Shown here piece by piece: positions 1-9,570 of a stretch of 64,000 nt of DNA. The number at the start of each line of letters is the position of its first letter. Positions within the stretch are counted from its first letter, which is position 1. Location: sequence record NC_052663.1; one strand, written 5' to 3'. This DNA comes from Escherichia phage VEcB. The position numbers and the translations under genes were made by a program. Below the pieces are notes generated by a model. The model was not told where the DNA came from. It searched no databases and saw only the letters and a list, made by a program, of their open reading frames with translations.

Positions 1-71
1 AGCCTACTCTTTTAAAAGCGCAATAAATCAGAATTATCTTGATTTTTAGTCGGTTTTATAGTACAGAAAGT

Positions 72-85
72 ATGCAAATGATAAT
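72..85. repeat. direct repeat ATGCAAATGATAAT, copy 1 (copy 2 at 267-280)
   Basis: identical 14-mer seen twice in the non-coding leader. Confidence 0.6.
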
Positions 86-266
86 CATTATCAGCTATCT
101 TCCACGGGTAGCACTATTTCACGCCAGATCATTTCATTTGGCAAGGTGTATATAGATGTTTAGACTTGCCAAGCCATTGATTTACTTAGAATTTATCTGT
201 TTTGTTGTGAGTAGTACCTTTCTTGCTCAGAAAATAATCAAAAGTCTTATAAGTCATTGAATGATA

Positions 267-280
267 ATGCAAATGATAAT
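267..280. repeat. direct repeat ATGCAAATGATAAT, copy 2
   Basis: identical 14-mer to 72-85. Confidence 0.6.
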
Positions 281-410
281 TATTCTCATTGATATTTGAG
301 GGGGACGGTCGGCAGAAATCGGGGGGCGCTGAAAATCGCGTTAAGCACCTCTCGCAAGCGAGCAGTATTTTGCGGCAAGTTATTGATATTATTGACTTTA
401 CGCTTATGGA

Positions 411-422
411 AAAGGGGTGTGT
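411..422. repeat. direct repeat AAAGGGGTGTGT, copy 1 (copy 2 at 488-499)
   Basis: identical 12-mer twice, 77 bp apart, in the leader. Confidence 0.6.
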
Positions 423-487
423 CGAAATAAATCGGGTATACCGGAAAATTTTTGTGGCATAGATATTTATTTGTTTATATTATGTAC

Positions 488-499
488 AAAGGGGTGTGT
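488..499. repeat. direct repeat AAAGGGGTGTGT, copy 2
   Basis: identical 12-mer to 411-422. Confidence 0.6.
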
Positions 500-601
500 T
501 AAAAATAATAGGTATATATAGAATAATTGATAGGGAATACCTATACTAATTCCTTCATTATTGCAGTGGGTGAAAGACAGAATCGAAGATGCAAATAATG
601 C

Positions 602-629
602 TTGCATTGAATAAAAATGTCTGTATAGT
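602..629 (+). promoter_or_regulatory. sigma70-like promoter TTGCAT-N16-TATAGT
   Basis: -35/-10 hexamers about 70 nt upstream of first gene (ATG 697). Confidence 0.5.
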
Positions 630-696
630 GGTTTGCATACCGCGCACGACGCGTTTCCATTTTCAATAAAATGTTAGCATTATGGGGAGGTAGAAA

Positions 697-1158
697 ATGA
701 GACAACTATCTATACTGGAAGCACATGTGCAATGTGTTGCAGATTATGTCAAAGAACACTCAAGTTTGTTGGATGTAACCTGTGCAGTGCAAAATGATGT
801 AGGTATTGTCTGTGTGCGACATATCTTATCTGAAACTCGTTATGAAGTATTTCGTGCCAAGTTGTTTGGATGTGATCAAGTGCATGTAAACTTCTTGGAT
901 TCCAATTTTCGTTATGCTTTAGAAAATATTGATGATTATCTTCCTTGCTCCCCGACCGGATATGTGATGATGGCAGCAAATGAAGTAACACCAAGCAACA
1001 ATGAGCGGGAAACTTTGTTACGGAAGAAAATACGCCAACTGCAAGTGTTGAATGAAATGAAAGAAGAGATTGAAAAAGAACTGAAAGAAGATTTTGGTAT
1101 GCTTCCAAAAGACGCTTTGAAATGGTATGATGAACTAGGAGAGGAAAGTTATGAATAA
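697..1158 (+). CDS. hypothetical early protein
   Basis: 153-aa ORF, GGGGAGG SD upstream, first gene of plus-strand array. Confidence 0.5.
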   Translation: MRQLSILEAHVQCVADYVKEHSSLLDVTCAVQNDVGIVCVRHILSETRYEVFRAKLFGCDQVHVNFLDSNFRYALENIDDYLPCSPTGYVMMAANEVTPSNNERETLLRKKIRQLQVLNEMKEEIEKELKEDFGMLPKDALKWYDELGEESYE

Positions 1159-1338
1159 AGAAACTACTGTGTACTTAGTAACAAAGAATACCCCAGGCTG
1201 GAGCCAATGCAGCACTGTACCTTATAAAATCTGTGCAACATTAGAACTAGCACAACGTGCAGAAGCAGAAGTGAATGCCATGCAATACAGCTATGGTGAG
1301 ATCATTCCTTTTACTCTTGAACAATAAGGAGTTGTGTA

Positions 1339-1791
1339 ATGTTTGAAATTGGTAAAGTGTATCGTTTTAAAAACCCATCTTATATCCGTAAGTTTGCTAA
1401 CGTGTCTGAGTGCAATAGCAGGATTGCTTCTTTTTTAGGTGATTCCTATTTTCGTGTATTAGATGTGGATGATTGGTATGGTGTCACTGCTTTGCAATCC
1501 TTAGCAGGAGAACAAGAAATTATCGCTCAAAATGAAGGAGACTTTCTTCAGTGTTACACGTTGCTTGCAAAAAGTGAGTTTGAGTATTTTGTAGAAGTCT
1601 TAGAGGAAGCACCAAAAAGTAAACACGAAGAGAAATACCTGCTTGTAGTGGATGGAGTTCCGATCATGGAAACCATCTCCCGTGAGGAAGTTGAAAAAGA
1701 GGCGAAACGTTACAAGCTGGATCGTACACAGAGTGTAGTTGAAATCTATTCTCTTGTTGGTGTTGCAGATATTAGTGTGAACATCGTATAA
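1339..1791 (+). CDS. hypothetical protein
   Basis: 150-aa ORF with AAGGAG SD. Confidence 0.5.
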   Translation: MFEIGKVYRFKNPSYIRKFANVSECNSRIASFLGDSYFRVLDVDDWYGVTALQSLAGEQEIIAQNEGDFLQCYTLLAKSEFEYFVEVLEEAPKSKHEEKYLLVVDGVPIMETISREEVEKEAKRYKLDRTQSVVEIYSLVGVADISVNIV

Positions 1792-1794
1792 TAT

Positions 1795-2007
1795 ATGTGT
1801 AATGACAGATACATTCTTCGTGTATCTGATAAGTCTCCTATGTTTGACTGGCGGGGCTGGTGGCTACTAGCTCCGATGCAAGGTCTGACAGACGTGGAAA
1901 AGGAGGCTTATGTGTATACAAAAGAAGAGATAGAAGATAATCTTTATTTGACAGATAACATTAAGAATGATATCTTTGAGTGTAAATTGAAAGGAGAGGA
2001 AGAATGA
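1795..2007 (+). CDS. hypothetical protein
   Basis: 70-aa ORF, 4-nt overlap with next gene (ATGA). Confidence 0.4.
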   Translation: MCNDRYILRVSDKSPMFDWRGWWLLAPMQGLTDVEKEAYVYTKEEIEDNLYLTDNIKNDIFECKLKGEEE

Positions 2008-2303
2008 CTATTACAGAAAAACTGCGCTGTATTGCGAAGCAAAGTGGAGAAGGCTTATGGTTTCCTATTGAGGAAATTATTCAGGACTGTTATGATCAGG
2101 CTAAGACTGGCAAATACTCCAAAGCATTTAAACCATCTGTTTTCGGTTTGGATGACTATCCAAAAAATGAACAAGCAAAGAAACGACAAGTTGATTTGAT
2201 TGATCTTGCTATGGAAGCACTACGAGAGCATGGGCTTAGTAAGGTGTATGCTTTAAACACCAAAGAGGGTTTTGTAGATTCAGTGATCGTAGACTGGTAT
2301 TAA
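2004..2303 (+). CDS. hypothetical protein
   Basis: 99-aa ORF translationally coupled to upstream gene. Confidence 0.45.
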   Translation: MTITEKLRCIAKQSGEGLWFPIEEIIQDCYDQAKTGKYSKAFKPSVFGLDDYPKNEQAKKRQVDLIDLAMEALREHGLSKVYALNTKEGFVDSVIVDWY

Positions 2304-2312
2304 GGAGAAGTC

Positions 2313-2681
2313 ATGCAAGAGAATAGTAAAGTGTGTAGCATGAAAAGCAGCCCCTATTTGCTACAATTTTATAAGTGGTGGTTAGAACAAGAAGATACAA
2401 ACTTTAGCAAAAAGCATTATGGTCTTTGCACGTGTCTTGTAGACTTCTTATACAATATTGCTTGGATAAAAGATGTTGAGAGTGTATCAAAGCTCCAATC
2501 CTCTGTACGAGAGGAAATGAAGGAACAGTTTAAGAAAGCGGGTTTGAACCATTTACATCCGTTTAATACGGATTTCTCGCACTACTTTACGGAAACAGAG
2601 CTAGGCATTGCACACCTTAATAAAGAACGTGTACAATGGGTGATTGATCGTATTCGTGATATGGAGGAATGCAATGATTAA
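2313..2681 (+). CDS. hypothetical protein, paralog family A
   Basis: 122 aa; shares LLQFY, HPFN and HLNKER-WV motifs with 3591-4175. Confidence 0.5.
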   Translation: MQENSKVCSMKSSPYLLQFYKWWLEQEDTNFSKKHYGLCTCLVDFLYNIAWIKDVESVSKLQSSVREEMKEQFKKAGLNHLHPFNTDFSHYFTETELGIAHLNKERVQWVIDRIRDMEECND

Positions 2682-2883
2682 GTTTAAAACTTTCTGTGCA
2701 ATCACTGTTTGTCTTATTCTTGCATACGTGTTATTCTCTAGTATCATTCGTTTAGGTGAGCATATGGCAAGAGAAGCTCGTGAAAGTGAAGCTAAAAAAG
2801 AACAGTGTATTGTGTTAAAGCATCAAAGGGATGCTGAAAAATTTCTTGAACAGGATTGTGGGCGCTATGTGAATTATAATTAG
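2674..2883 (+). CDS. small membrane protein, paralog family B
   Basis: start moved to ATG after GGAGG; one TM helix then KEQCIVLKH-AEKFL motif shared with 7270-7494. Confidence 0.45.
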   Translation: MIKFKTFCAITVCLILAYVLFSSIIRLGEHMAREARESEAKKEQCIVLKHQRDAEKFLEQDCGRYVNYN

Positions 2884-2892
2884 GAGGGAAGT

Positions 2893-3141
2893 ATGTTAGA
2901 TATTTTTACCTTTGATCGTGTTGGTACACCGATTACCGAAGAAGAACGTACCAAAATTGAACAAGAATTGGATGCTTTACGTGCGTCTCTTACAGACACA
3001 GCCTCACTACAACGTGAAGCTGCACATCTCACAGAGATCACTGGTATTCAGTGGAGCACGGAGTGGGTTGTAATTACAATTGAAGCGGATATTTGGGGAC
3101 ATGAAGAGACGCTACGTACCGGAGTAGTAACGGTTTGGTGA
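2893..3141 (+). CDS. hypothetical protein
   Basis: 82-aa ORF with AGGAGGG SD. Confidence 0.45.
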   Translation: MLDIFTFDRVGTPITEEERTKIEQELDALRASLTDTASLQREAAHLTEITGIQWSTEWVVITIEADIWGHEETLRTGVVTVW

Positions 3142-3187
3142 TAGATGTTATTCTTTTGTGTTTCTTGATATATAAATAGGAGGGTTT

Positions 3188-3412
3188 ATGGTAAAACGTC
3201 TGGAATGGGATGCGTGTACTGCTCACGCTTGCCACTGTGATATTGTTGAAGATCCTAATGGAGAGATGGTGTATTATGAAGATTACGAAGCATTGCACAA
3301 TGCTGTGATTGCTTTACTGGATGATATTAGCTCACGCTATCCAGGACAACAATTCACGTGTCCACATATCCAACTATTAGCCGAACTTACGGAGTATCCA
3401 AGTGTTCCATAA
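3188..3412 (+). CDS. hypothetical protein, paralog family C
   Basis: 74 aa; CDIVEDPNGEMV-EDY motif shared with 8146-8418. Confidence 0.45.
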   Translation: MVKRLEWDACTAHACHCDIVEDPNGEMVYYEDYEALHNAVIALLDDISSRYPGQQFTCPHIQLLAELTEYPSVP

Positions 3413-3590
3413 TATGGGTGTCCCTGAACAACTGCTCTTTATTGTAGGATTAGTAGGCTTATTGGCGGCTGGCGCTAAAGCCGCTTCTCACACGCATCAC
3501 ATAATGTTAAGATTTCTGTTCCTACTCCCTTCTATCCTTGTATTATTAGTCATATTGATTGATAACATTTTTCACAATTAAGGAGAGGTT

Positions 3591-4175
3591 ATGAGTAAAA
3601 TTATACCAAGCAGTTATGAATTATTGCAGTTTTATGTATATTACTTAGACTGGGTTAATAGATCGAATGTTAAAGACAATGCGATGTTTAGTAAAAACAT
3701 CTGTTTAACAGAAAGTATCTTCCGTTATTGGCACACAGGCAGAAAGTGTACACACAGTGAAGCTATGCGCATTGTAGGTGAATACCTGGAGCAATTGCAA
3801 AAAGCAGAACTTCCTGTCCTTCACCCATTCAACGAATCTAAAGAAGAATTAGAACAAGAGTGTAGAGAAGGTAAGTGCCATTTAAATGAAAAACGTATCG
3901 AATGGGTGAGGCAACGTTTAGCCGATGCAGGAAAGACTCCTAGTGACTCTGACTATACGTGGTATGATGTAGAGGGTTTAGTTCAAGGTTTTGAGGCTTG
4001 TGCTATAGATAATACCAACTTTGCCAAAGTTTTATGTGAGGCTTATGATCTGGCAGATAAAATCCGAAATCACGGATGGAAACAAGAGCATAAAGAATCA
4101 TATGAACGCCTTGACAAGATTTTCAAACAGATCTATTCTAACCACAAGAAGATGTTCCAAATGGAGGATGTGTAA
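3591..4175 (+). CDS. hypothetical protein, paralog family A
   Basis: 194 aa; motifs shared with 2313-2681. Confidence 0.5.
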   Translation: MSKIIPSSYELLQFYVYYLDWVNRSNVKDNAMFSKNICLTESIFRYWHTGRKCTHSEAMRIVGEYLEQLQKAELPVLHPFNESKEELEQECREGKCHLNEKRIEWVRQRLADAGKTPSDSDYTWYDVEGLVQGFEACAIDNTNFAKVLCEAYDLADKIRNHGWKQEHKESYERLDKIFKQIYSNHKKMFQMEDV

Positions 4176-4861
4176 TGAAAGAGATTATGTTTGAAGGGCA
4201 TTGTTACGAAGTTCCAGACAATGCAAATTTCATGGCTCGTGATATCACTGGAGATGTGTTCTGGTTTGAAGATGAACCTATGTTTTCTTCGAACAAACAC
4301 TGGTTTTCACAACAATCTTCTTCGGAAAATATGACTTTTGGCTACGTAGAGCCTAAAGTACGTTGCAAAGCAGCTTCTTCTTTGGTAAAAATTTCCCAAG
4401 ATGACCAAGAAAATACTCAAGATGTTGTTAGTGCGCTACTGAAGTACATTGCAGAACTTGAGAAGAAAATTAAAGAAGCAGAAACTAAGGTGAAAGCACG
4501 ATCAGCAATCATCGAAACTATGTCTGAACGTATTTTAGAACTAGAAGATTTGTGTGGAGAGGCTTATCAAGTGGTTGGTGCGCTGGCGTGTGAAGCACAA
4601 ATGTTTGAAACTTCAGAACAAGTTTCGCATATGTTAGATAATTTGAGTGAATGTAAAATGATTCATGATGATGTATTGCCATTTTGTTGCAATGTTAACA
4701 AAACAGAGCAAACACAAGATTCAGAAACAGTTTATGTTCCGCTAATGTGTGTTCCAGATCATCTAAAAGGTGTATTCTCTTGTAAATGGTCGCTGTTGAG
4801 CGTTACTAATTGTGGTGAAAACTATTCTGCCAACATTGAATTGCTAAAACACGTTAAATAA
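4175..4861 (+). CDS. hypothetical protein with coiled-coil segment
   Basis: 228-aa ORF, start overlaps upstream stop. Confidence 0.5.
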   Translation: MKEIMFEGHCYEVPDNANFMARDITGDVFWFEDEPMFSSNKHWFSQQSSSENMTFGYVEPKVRCKAASSLVKISQDDQENTQDVVSALLKYIAELEKKIKEAETKVKARSAIIETMSERILELEDLCGEAYQVVGALACEAQMFETSEQVSHMLDNLSECKMIHDDVLPFCCNVNKTEQTQDSETVYVPLMCVPDHLKGVFSCKWSLLSVTNCGENYSANIELLKHVK

Positions 4862-4871
4862 GGAGAGTAAT

Positions 4872-5276
4872 ATGTGGTCTGTTAAAATCAAATATAATGC
4901 GCAGTATTATGGTGGAAAGCCTTACGAAGTTGTTATTTGTGATTGTATCTCTAAAGAAGTTGCACAGCTTTGTGGCGCTGGTGTTAGTGAAGCTATGAAC
5001 AAAATGCATAACTCTACTGTGCGTTACTTGGATCAAGATATTCCAGAAGATGTAAATGACTATGCTTACGAAGTTATTTACAGTGAAGGTAAGAAGCTCT
5101 CTATTGAAGATGCACTTAAAGCACTACCTGCTATGTGCAGCCCAACACCAGAAGCAGTTAAAGAGATTTTACCAGAATCCAACCCCGATGAATATGCTGC
5201 TATGGTTGCTTCGGACATGTGGAATCTCTGTCGAGAAACTATGATTAAAAATCTGGTGGAAATGGCGCATGAGTAA
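4872..5276 (+). CDS. hypothetical protein
   Basis: 134-aa ORF with AAGGAG SD. Confidence 0.5.
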   Translation: MWSVKIKYNAQYYGGKPYEVVICDCISKEVAQLCGAGVSEAMNKMHNSTVRYLDQDIPEDVNDYAYEVIYSEGKKLSIEDALKALPAMCSPTPEAVKEILPESNPDEYAAMVASDMWNLCRETMIKNLVEMAHE

Positions 5277-5487
5277 AACGCACTTTATACATCCGTTTGA
5301 TCCAAAGAACAAGGCGGTTATACACCGCCGTTGGACTGAAACGCGCATTACAAAATGTCCTGTGCCAGCAGCACAGGAATATAACAAAACATATAAAGCA
5401 GAATTTGTGGAGTACACCTTTGTAAATAACAAAGGGAAGGAGGTTTATGTTCCAGAATACTGCCTTTGGATAAAATGGGAGGAATAA
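5269..5487 (+). CDS. hypothetical protein
   Basis: 72-aa ORF overlapping neighbours by a few nt. Confidence 0.4.
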   Translation: MSKTHFIHPFDPKNKAVIHRRWTETRITKCPVPAAQEYNKTYKAEFVEYTFVNNKGKEVYVPEYCLWIKWEE

Positions 5488-5654
5488 TGCAAACATTTTT
5501 TATCGACAAGTTCAATAAAAGTATGAACACGTGGATGGCAACATTCACTATGCAATTTGCGTCATTTAAAGAAGCTCAAGAATGGTGCGATCAACACAAG
5601 GATTTTGATTTTTACTATCAAGTTAATGCAAACCTTTCTCCAGAGGAGAAATAA
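5487..5654 (+). CDS. hypothetical protein
   Basis: start moved to ATG after GGAGG (ORF track 5466). Confidence 0.4.
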   Translation: MQTFFIDKFNKSMNTWMATFTMQFASFKEAQEWCDQHKDFDFYYQVNANLSPEEK

Positions 5655-5655
5655 T

Positions 5656-6000
5656 ATGTTGGCTGATATTGAAATCCTTATGTACCGACAAGGTATGATC
5701 AAAATGTGGCTAGATTCTTTTAGCAACATATACTGCACAGTACGATCAGCAGACGAGCGTAAAACGCTTATTTTATCTGCTATTGTTGATAAACAACGTT
5801 TCTTCAAAGAAGTTTTGCAAACAGGCTTCTCCGATGCAGGAGTAGAGATTGCAACGCTTAGTCTTGGAGTGCTGTCTTACTTGGAATCCGTTGTTTTATA
5901 TGTCTTCTCTTTAGAAGAACACTTGCAATTTGAAGCATTAAAACTTATCTTAGAAGCTGCAATTGACATAGAACAAAATCGAATTGATTCTTTTGAATAA
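5656..6000 (+). CDS. hypothetical protein
   Basis: start moved to ATG after GAGGAG (ORF track 5557). Confidence 0.45.
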   Translation: MLADIEILMYRQGMIKMWLDSFSNIYCTVRSADERKTLILSAIVDKQRFFKEVLQTGFSDAGVEIATLSLGVLSYLESVVLYVFSLEEHLQFEALKLILEAAIDIEQNRIDSFE

Positions 6001-6016
6001 AAATAAGGAGGAAACT

Positions 6017-6475
6017 ATGCAAGAGGTTAAACATTATCCACATGGTCGTAGTTTTGTAGCTGTATGGCATGTTCCTGCTCGTAATGAACTATTTTGCGCA
6101 TCTTTTCATTACAAAGATGGACAATATTTCACCTATGACGAGACGATGGATGATTTTATCCCAGAGTGCGATCATGGGTATACACCAATGTTCTTTAAAC
6201 GTATGAAAGCTCGTTTCTTCGTTACAGATGTTGATGGTGAACCTACTTGGCACATCGAAGAAGATTGGCAAGATTCTGTAGATATTAAAGAAGCCCCAGA
6301 ATGGGCTACACTACTGGTACACGTCAAAACCCCTACCCTTGACGTTATGGCGTGGGTTAATCATGATGACACCCATTTCCAATACATAAATAGTAGCACA
6401 GAAATTTCTGGCGAGATTATTGGTCGTTGGAAGCCTACGAATCAGGTTGCTATTGTCGGGTATAAGACTGTATAA
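6017..6475 (+). CDS. hypothetical protein
   Basis: start moved to ATG after AAGGAGG (ORF track 5984). Confidence 0.5.
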   Translation: MQEVKHYPHGRSFVAVWHVPARNELFCASFHYKDGQYFTYDETMDDFIPECDHGYTPMFFKRMKARFFVTDVDGEPTWHIEEDWQDSVDIKEAPEWATLLVHVKTPTLDVMAWVNHDDTHFQYINSSTEISGEIIGRWKPTNQVAIVGYKTV

Positions 6476-6476
6476 T

Positions 6477-6671
6477 ATGAAAAATAGTATAGATTGGGAT
6501 GATTTATCCGATTTTGAAAAATGGTTCTTAGGTAGTGGTTGTTATGCAGACGGGGATCTCGAAAGAGATCCTTCTGGAAACTACACTATGCCATTAACCC
6601 AAGGTTTTTATGAGTGCTGGTGCGCAGCACAAAACAACGTACTGAATAAGGAGACAACACAATGCAATTAA
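6477..6671 (+). CDS. hypothetical protein
   Basis: start moved to in-frame ATG just after upstream stop (ORF track 6420). Confidence 0.35.
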   Translation: MKNSIDWDDLSDFEKWFLGSGCYADGDLERDPSGNYTMPLTQGFYECWCAAQNNVLNKETTQCN

Positions 6672-6901
6672 ACATCGGACAACCAATTTTTGATGCAGAT
6701 ACTGGTCAATATGCAGTGATTGTTGCTCGTATGAGCGGTGATGACCTTATTGTTTCAGAACTACTGGAATCAGATCCGCAACTGCGTGTGGTTTGTGACC
6801 TATATCTTCGAGACGAAAGTGATCGCATTGCACTGAAAGAAGATGGTATGCTCTACTACACCTGGACTAGAGATCCTGGGGTAACGGAGGTAGAGGTATA
6901 A
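6662..6901 (+). CDS. hypothetical protein
   Basis: 79-aa ORF with AAGGAG SD. Confidence 0.45.
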   Translation: MQLNIGQPIFDADTGQYAVIVARMSGDDLIVSELLESDPQLRVVCDLYLRDESDRIALKEDGMLYYTWTRDPGVTEVEV

Positions 6902-7200
6902 TGGTAAGGAATAGGGGTTTACATAAAAGAAGACACCTTACTTACTGGCATCGTAAAGTACATGAACCTGTATCAAAGAAAGAATGGCAATATCTGCCTT
7001 ATGGGAAGGAGCGAAGAAAGTATCTGTTAGCTCATTTAAGGGTACATGGTTCTCTTCCTGTTAACAGTAAGTGGCAATTGCAAACAGCTTATGACGAGGA
7101 TATGAAATATCTGTTAAAGAGGGGCATTATTTGCCTTGTTAAGATAGGACGATGGAAATCTCGTCAATCTTATATCGTACTTAAACAGGAGAAACCATGA
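6901..7200 (+). CDS. hypothetical basic protein
   Basis: 99-aa lysine/arginine-rich ORF, start overlaps upstream stop. Confidence 0.45.
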   Translation: MVRNRGLHKRRHLTYWHRKVHEPVSKKEWQYLPYGKERRKYLLAHLRVHGSLPVNSKWQLQTAYDEDMKYLLKRGIICLVKIGRWKSRQSYIVLKQEKP

Positions 7201-7212
7201 ATATCAAAGATG

Positions 7213-7241
7213 TTGACACGATCTTAACTTCTTGTTAGTAT
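7213..7241 (+). promoter_or_regulatory. sigma70-like promoter TTGACA-N17-TAGTAT
   Basis: consensus -35 and good -10 upstream of gene at 7270. Confidence 0.5.
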
Positions 7242-7269
7242 CAATGTGTACTAACGATAAGGAGGGTTC

Positions 7270-7494
7270 ATGAAGTCTGTAAACAATTTGCAACAATTTT
7301 TGTTATCAACAGCAATCTTTTTGCTTTTGTTAATTGGTATTCTGTATGGTGCAGCTAACTTGTACAATCTACATAATGATGTAGAACAGAACAAAGAGAA
7401 GTGCATCATTCTAAAACACAATAAACAAGCAGAAGATTTCTTAAAGAATAAGTGTTACAACTACATTGATTATGAGGAGACAAACAATGATTAA
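7270..7494 (+). CDS. small membrane protein, paralog family B
   Basis: 74 aa, N-terminal TM helix, KEKCIILKH-AEDFL motif. Confidence 0.5.
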   Translation: MKSVNNLQQFLLSTAIFLLLLIGILYGAANLYNLHNDVEQNKEKCIILKHNKQAEDFLKNKCYNYIDYEETNND

Positions 7495-7729
7495 AGAATT
7501 AGGTATGCGAGTATACAGTGAGTGGACTCCAAGCAATGGCCCAGGAGTTGTTGCAGCTAAATGTATCAATGGTCGTATTGAGTACCTGGAAGGGTATGAA
7601 GATAATGAAGAGTTAGTAGATTATGCTAAATCTTTTATTGAAGATGATACAGACTTTATTGTATTATATGATACAGGAGAGTTAGAGTATGGATATGATG
7701 GAGATGGGGATATCTTTGAACTTCAATAA
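7487..7729 (+). CDS. hypothetical acidic protein
   Basis: start moved to ATG after GAGGAG (ORF track 7466). Confidence 0.4.
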   Translation: MIKELGMRVYSEWTPSNGPGVVAAKCINGRIEYLEGYEDNEELVDYAKSFIEDDTDFIVLYDTGELEYGYDGDGDIFELQ

Positions 7730-7936
7730 GAGTAGTAAGTAAGGTATAAAGAGTATATAATTAGTTATAGAGTTAGTAACATTACATATACTCTTTCCAT
7801 GTATAACATGGAATATTCTCTACCTCGCTATCGCTCGGTATATAAGATTAGGGTAGCATGTTTTTTAAGAAAAGTAAAACTGTTTATACCGATTGATAGC
7901 AGGTTTTTAATAGGTTCTATCTATGAGGAGTAGAAA

Positions 7937-8155
7937 GTGTACAAATTATATAAAGGAAAAGATAAGTTTACGGGTAATCCATCTGGTTTCTATGTAACAC
8001 CACGTGGCGTTGCTGTATTTGATTGGATCTCTGGTACTCCAGATCGTGAAATGATCTCTCTTGTAAAACTGTCAGAACAAGAGTACACTTACGGTGACAT
8101 TACAACATTCTATTCTCGTGCAGAAAATCCAAAACTGATTGCGGAGTGGGAATAA
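7937..8155 (+). CDS. hypothetical protein
   Basis: 72-aa ORF, GTG start after GAGGAG. Confidence 0.4.
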   Translation: MYKLYKGKDKFTGNPSGFYVTPRGVAVFDWISGTPDREMISLVKLSEQEYTYGDITTFYSRAENPKLIAEWE

Positions 8156-8418
8156 TGGTTACACGATATGATTTAGAGGTGTACAGCCAAGGTGCTGCTG
8201 GTCAATGTGATATTGTACCAGATCCAGAAGGAGACTATGTTCTTCTTGCTGATTACAATAAGCTAGAAGAAAGGCTTCTGGCTATGTATGCTAAAGAGAA
8301 CAAAACAATCTGTCCTTATTGCAGTGGAATGGGTTGGGTGGTTGCAGATGTCGGACAAATGTATGAATGTGTACCTTGTAAAACCACAGGCTTTATTGAA
8401 AAGGATACTGACAAATGA
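8146..8418 (+). CDS. hypothetical protein, paralog family C
   Basis: 90 aa; CDIVPDPEGDYV-ADY motif plus C-terminal CxxC-CxxC. Confidence 0.45.
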   Translation: MGIMVTRYDLEVYSQGAAGQCDIVPDPEGDYVLLADYNKLEERLLAMYAKENKTICPYCSGMGWVVADVGQMYECVPCKTTGFIEKDTDK

Positions 8419-8663
8419 CTGTAGCAGATAAAATGAGAGAACTGGCAGAAAACGCAGAACTTAACAAAGCAAAGGAGAGTTTACAAAATATCTACGCGTA
8501 TATTGAAAGAGCAGCTAAAGACGGGGACAGAGAGGTTGCTATATACACGCTTTATCCAACTTTTGTAAAAGTTAGCTTGGATGCTGAAGGTTTTTCAACT
8601 TTTATTGATACAGAAACATCTCATTACGATGAAAACTTTACTCGCATAGTTATTCGATGGTAA
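8415..8663 (+). CDS. hypothetical protein
   Basis: 82-aa ORF, ATGA overlap. Confidence 0.4.
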   Translation: MTVADKMRELAENAELNKAKESLQNIYAYIERAAKDGDREVAIYTLYPTFVKVSLDAEGFSTFIDTETSHYDENFTRIVIRW

Positions 8664-8768
8664 ATTTCTGATATTTATGCGCCCTGGCTACCTGGGCGTA
8701 ATAAATTCAGCTTATATTTGATCCGCGCCTTCGGCGCTTAGGCAAAGCCACGCCACACAGGAGGGTTT

Positions 8769-9179
8769 ATGTTCAAATGGTTAAAAGGGTTTCTAACATC
8801 TTTGGCAGAACCTAAGCAAGATGTTATTAAAAGCTCTATCACAGGAAAACCGCTTGTTATAGTTACAGGCGGCTTTGGTCATGGGTTTTCTCTTAAACAA
8901 ACAGATATAGGTTTACAGGGGTGTCTGATTAGCTTTAGAATCACTCAATTAGGAGATAATAGACAAACAATCTTAGATCTTTTCAATGGGGAGTTTGATG
9001 ATTATTTATCTAAGAGTGATAAAGAACGTCTGATCGAGCATATAAAACACCGCTATGAGCATGGTGGTTACTACTTAGATACAAAACGTAATGCACAAGG
9101 TGATCTTGACATAGTTCGTATAGCGTGGGATAATGAATTTAAAACTAAACTTGGTAAACTTCTGGAGGAGTTATGGTAA
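8769..9179 (+). CDS. hypothetical protein
   Basis: 136-aa ORF with AGGAGGG SD. Confidence 0.5.
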   Translation: MFKWLKGFLTSLAEPKQDVIKSSITGKPLVIVTGGFGHGFSLKQTDIGLQGCLISFRITQLGDNRQTILDLFNGEFDDYLSKSDKERLIEHIKHRYEHGGYYLDTKRNAQGDLDIVRIAWDNEFKTKLGKLLEELW

Positions 9180-9355
9180 ATATTAAAACAGGTGATATTG
9201 TACGTCTTGCCAGTGAAGAAATGTTAATGACTGTAATGGTATCTACCTATGATACTTGCGAAGTGGTATGGTTTGATGTTAATGAACAACTACAGAAAGC
9301 TACATTTGATAAACGTATGCTTCGTAAAGTTGAAGAAGTGAAGGAGGAAGAATAA
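9173..9355 (+). CDS. hypothetical protein
   Basis: 60-aa ORF overlapping upstream stop. Confidence 0.35.
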   Translation: MVNIKTGDIVRLASEEMLMTVMVSTYDTCEVVWFDVNEQLQKATFDKRMLRKVEEVKEEE

Positions 9356-9356
9356 T

Positions 9357-9569
9357 ATGACAATGTTGCTTCGTATGTTTGTGTTTCTTATGTTCTGGAT
9401 TATCGTTGGTAACGGTATTGTATTTTTGATTTTTCCTGAAGTAATGACAGGTAATGAAAATAAAGCAGTGCCTTACATTATGCTTATCGGTTACGGCATT
9501 GGTACACTTGGATTACTGTTTGCTGACTGGTTAGTCAATACTTTGTTCTCTAAGTACAGGAACAACTAA
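9357..9569 (+). CDS. small membrane protein (two TM helices)
   Basis: 70-aa hydrophobic ORF. Confidence 0.45.
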   Translation: MTMLLRMFVFLMFWIIVGNGIVFLIFPEVMTGNENKAVPYIMLIGYGIGTLGLLFADWLVNTLFSKYRNN

Positions 9570-9570
9570 T

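Noticed and set aside
749-1108. 119-aa minus-strand ORF
   Set aside because: Lies entirely antisense inside the plus-strand gene 697-1158 in a uniformly plus-strand block; no SD.
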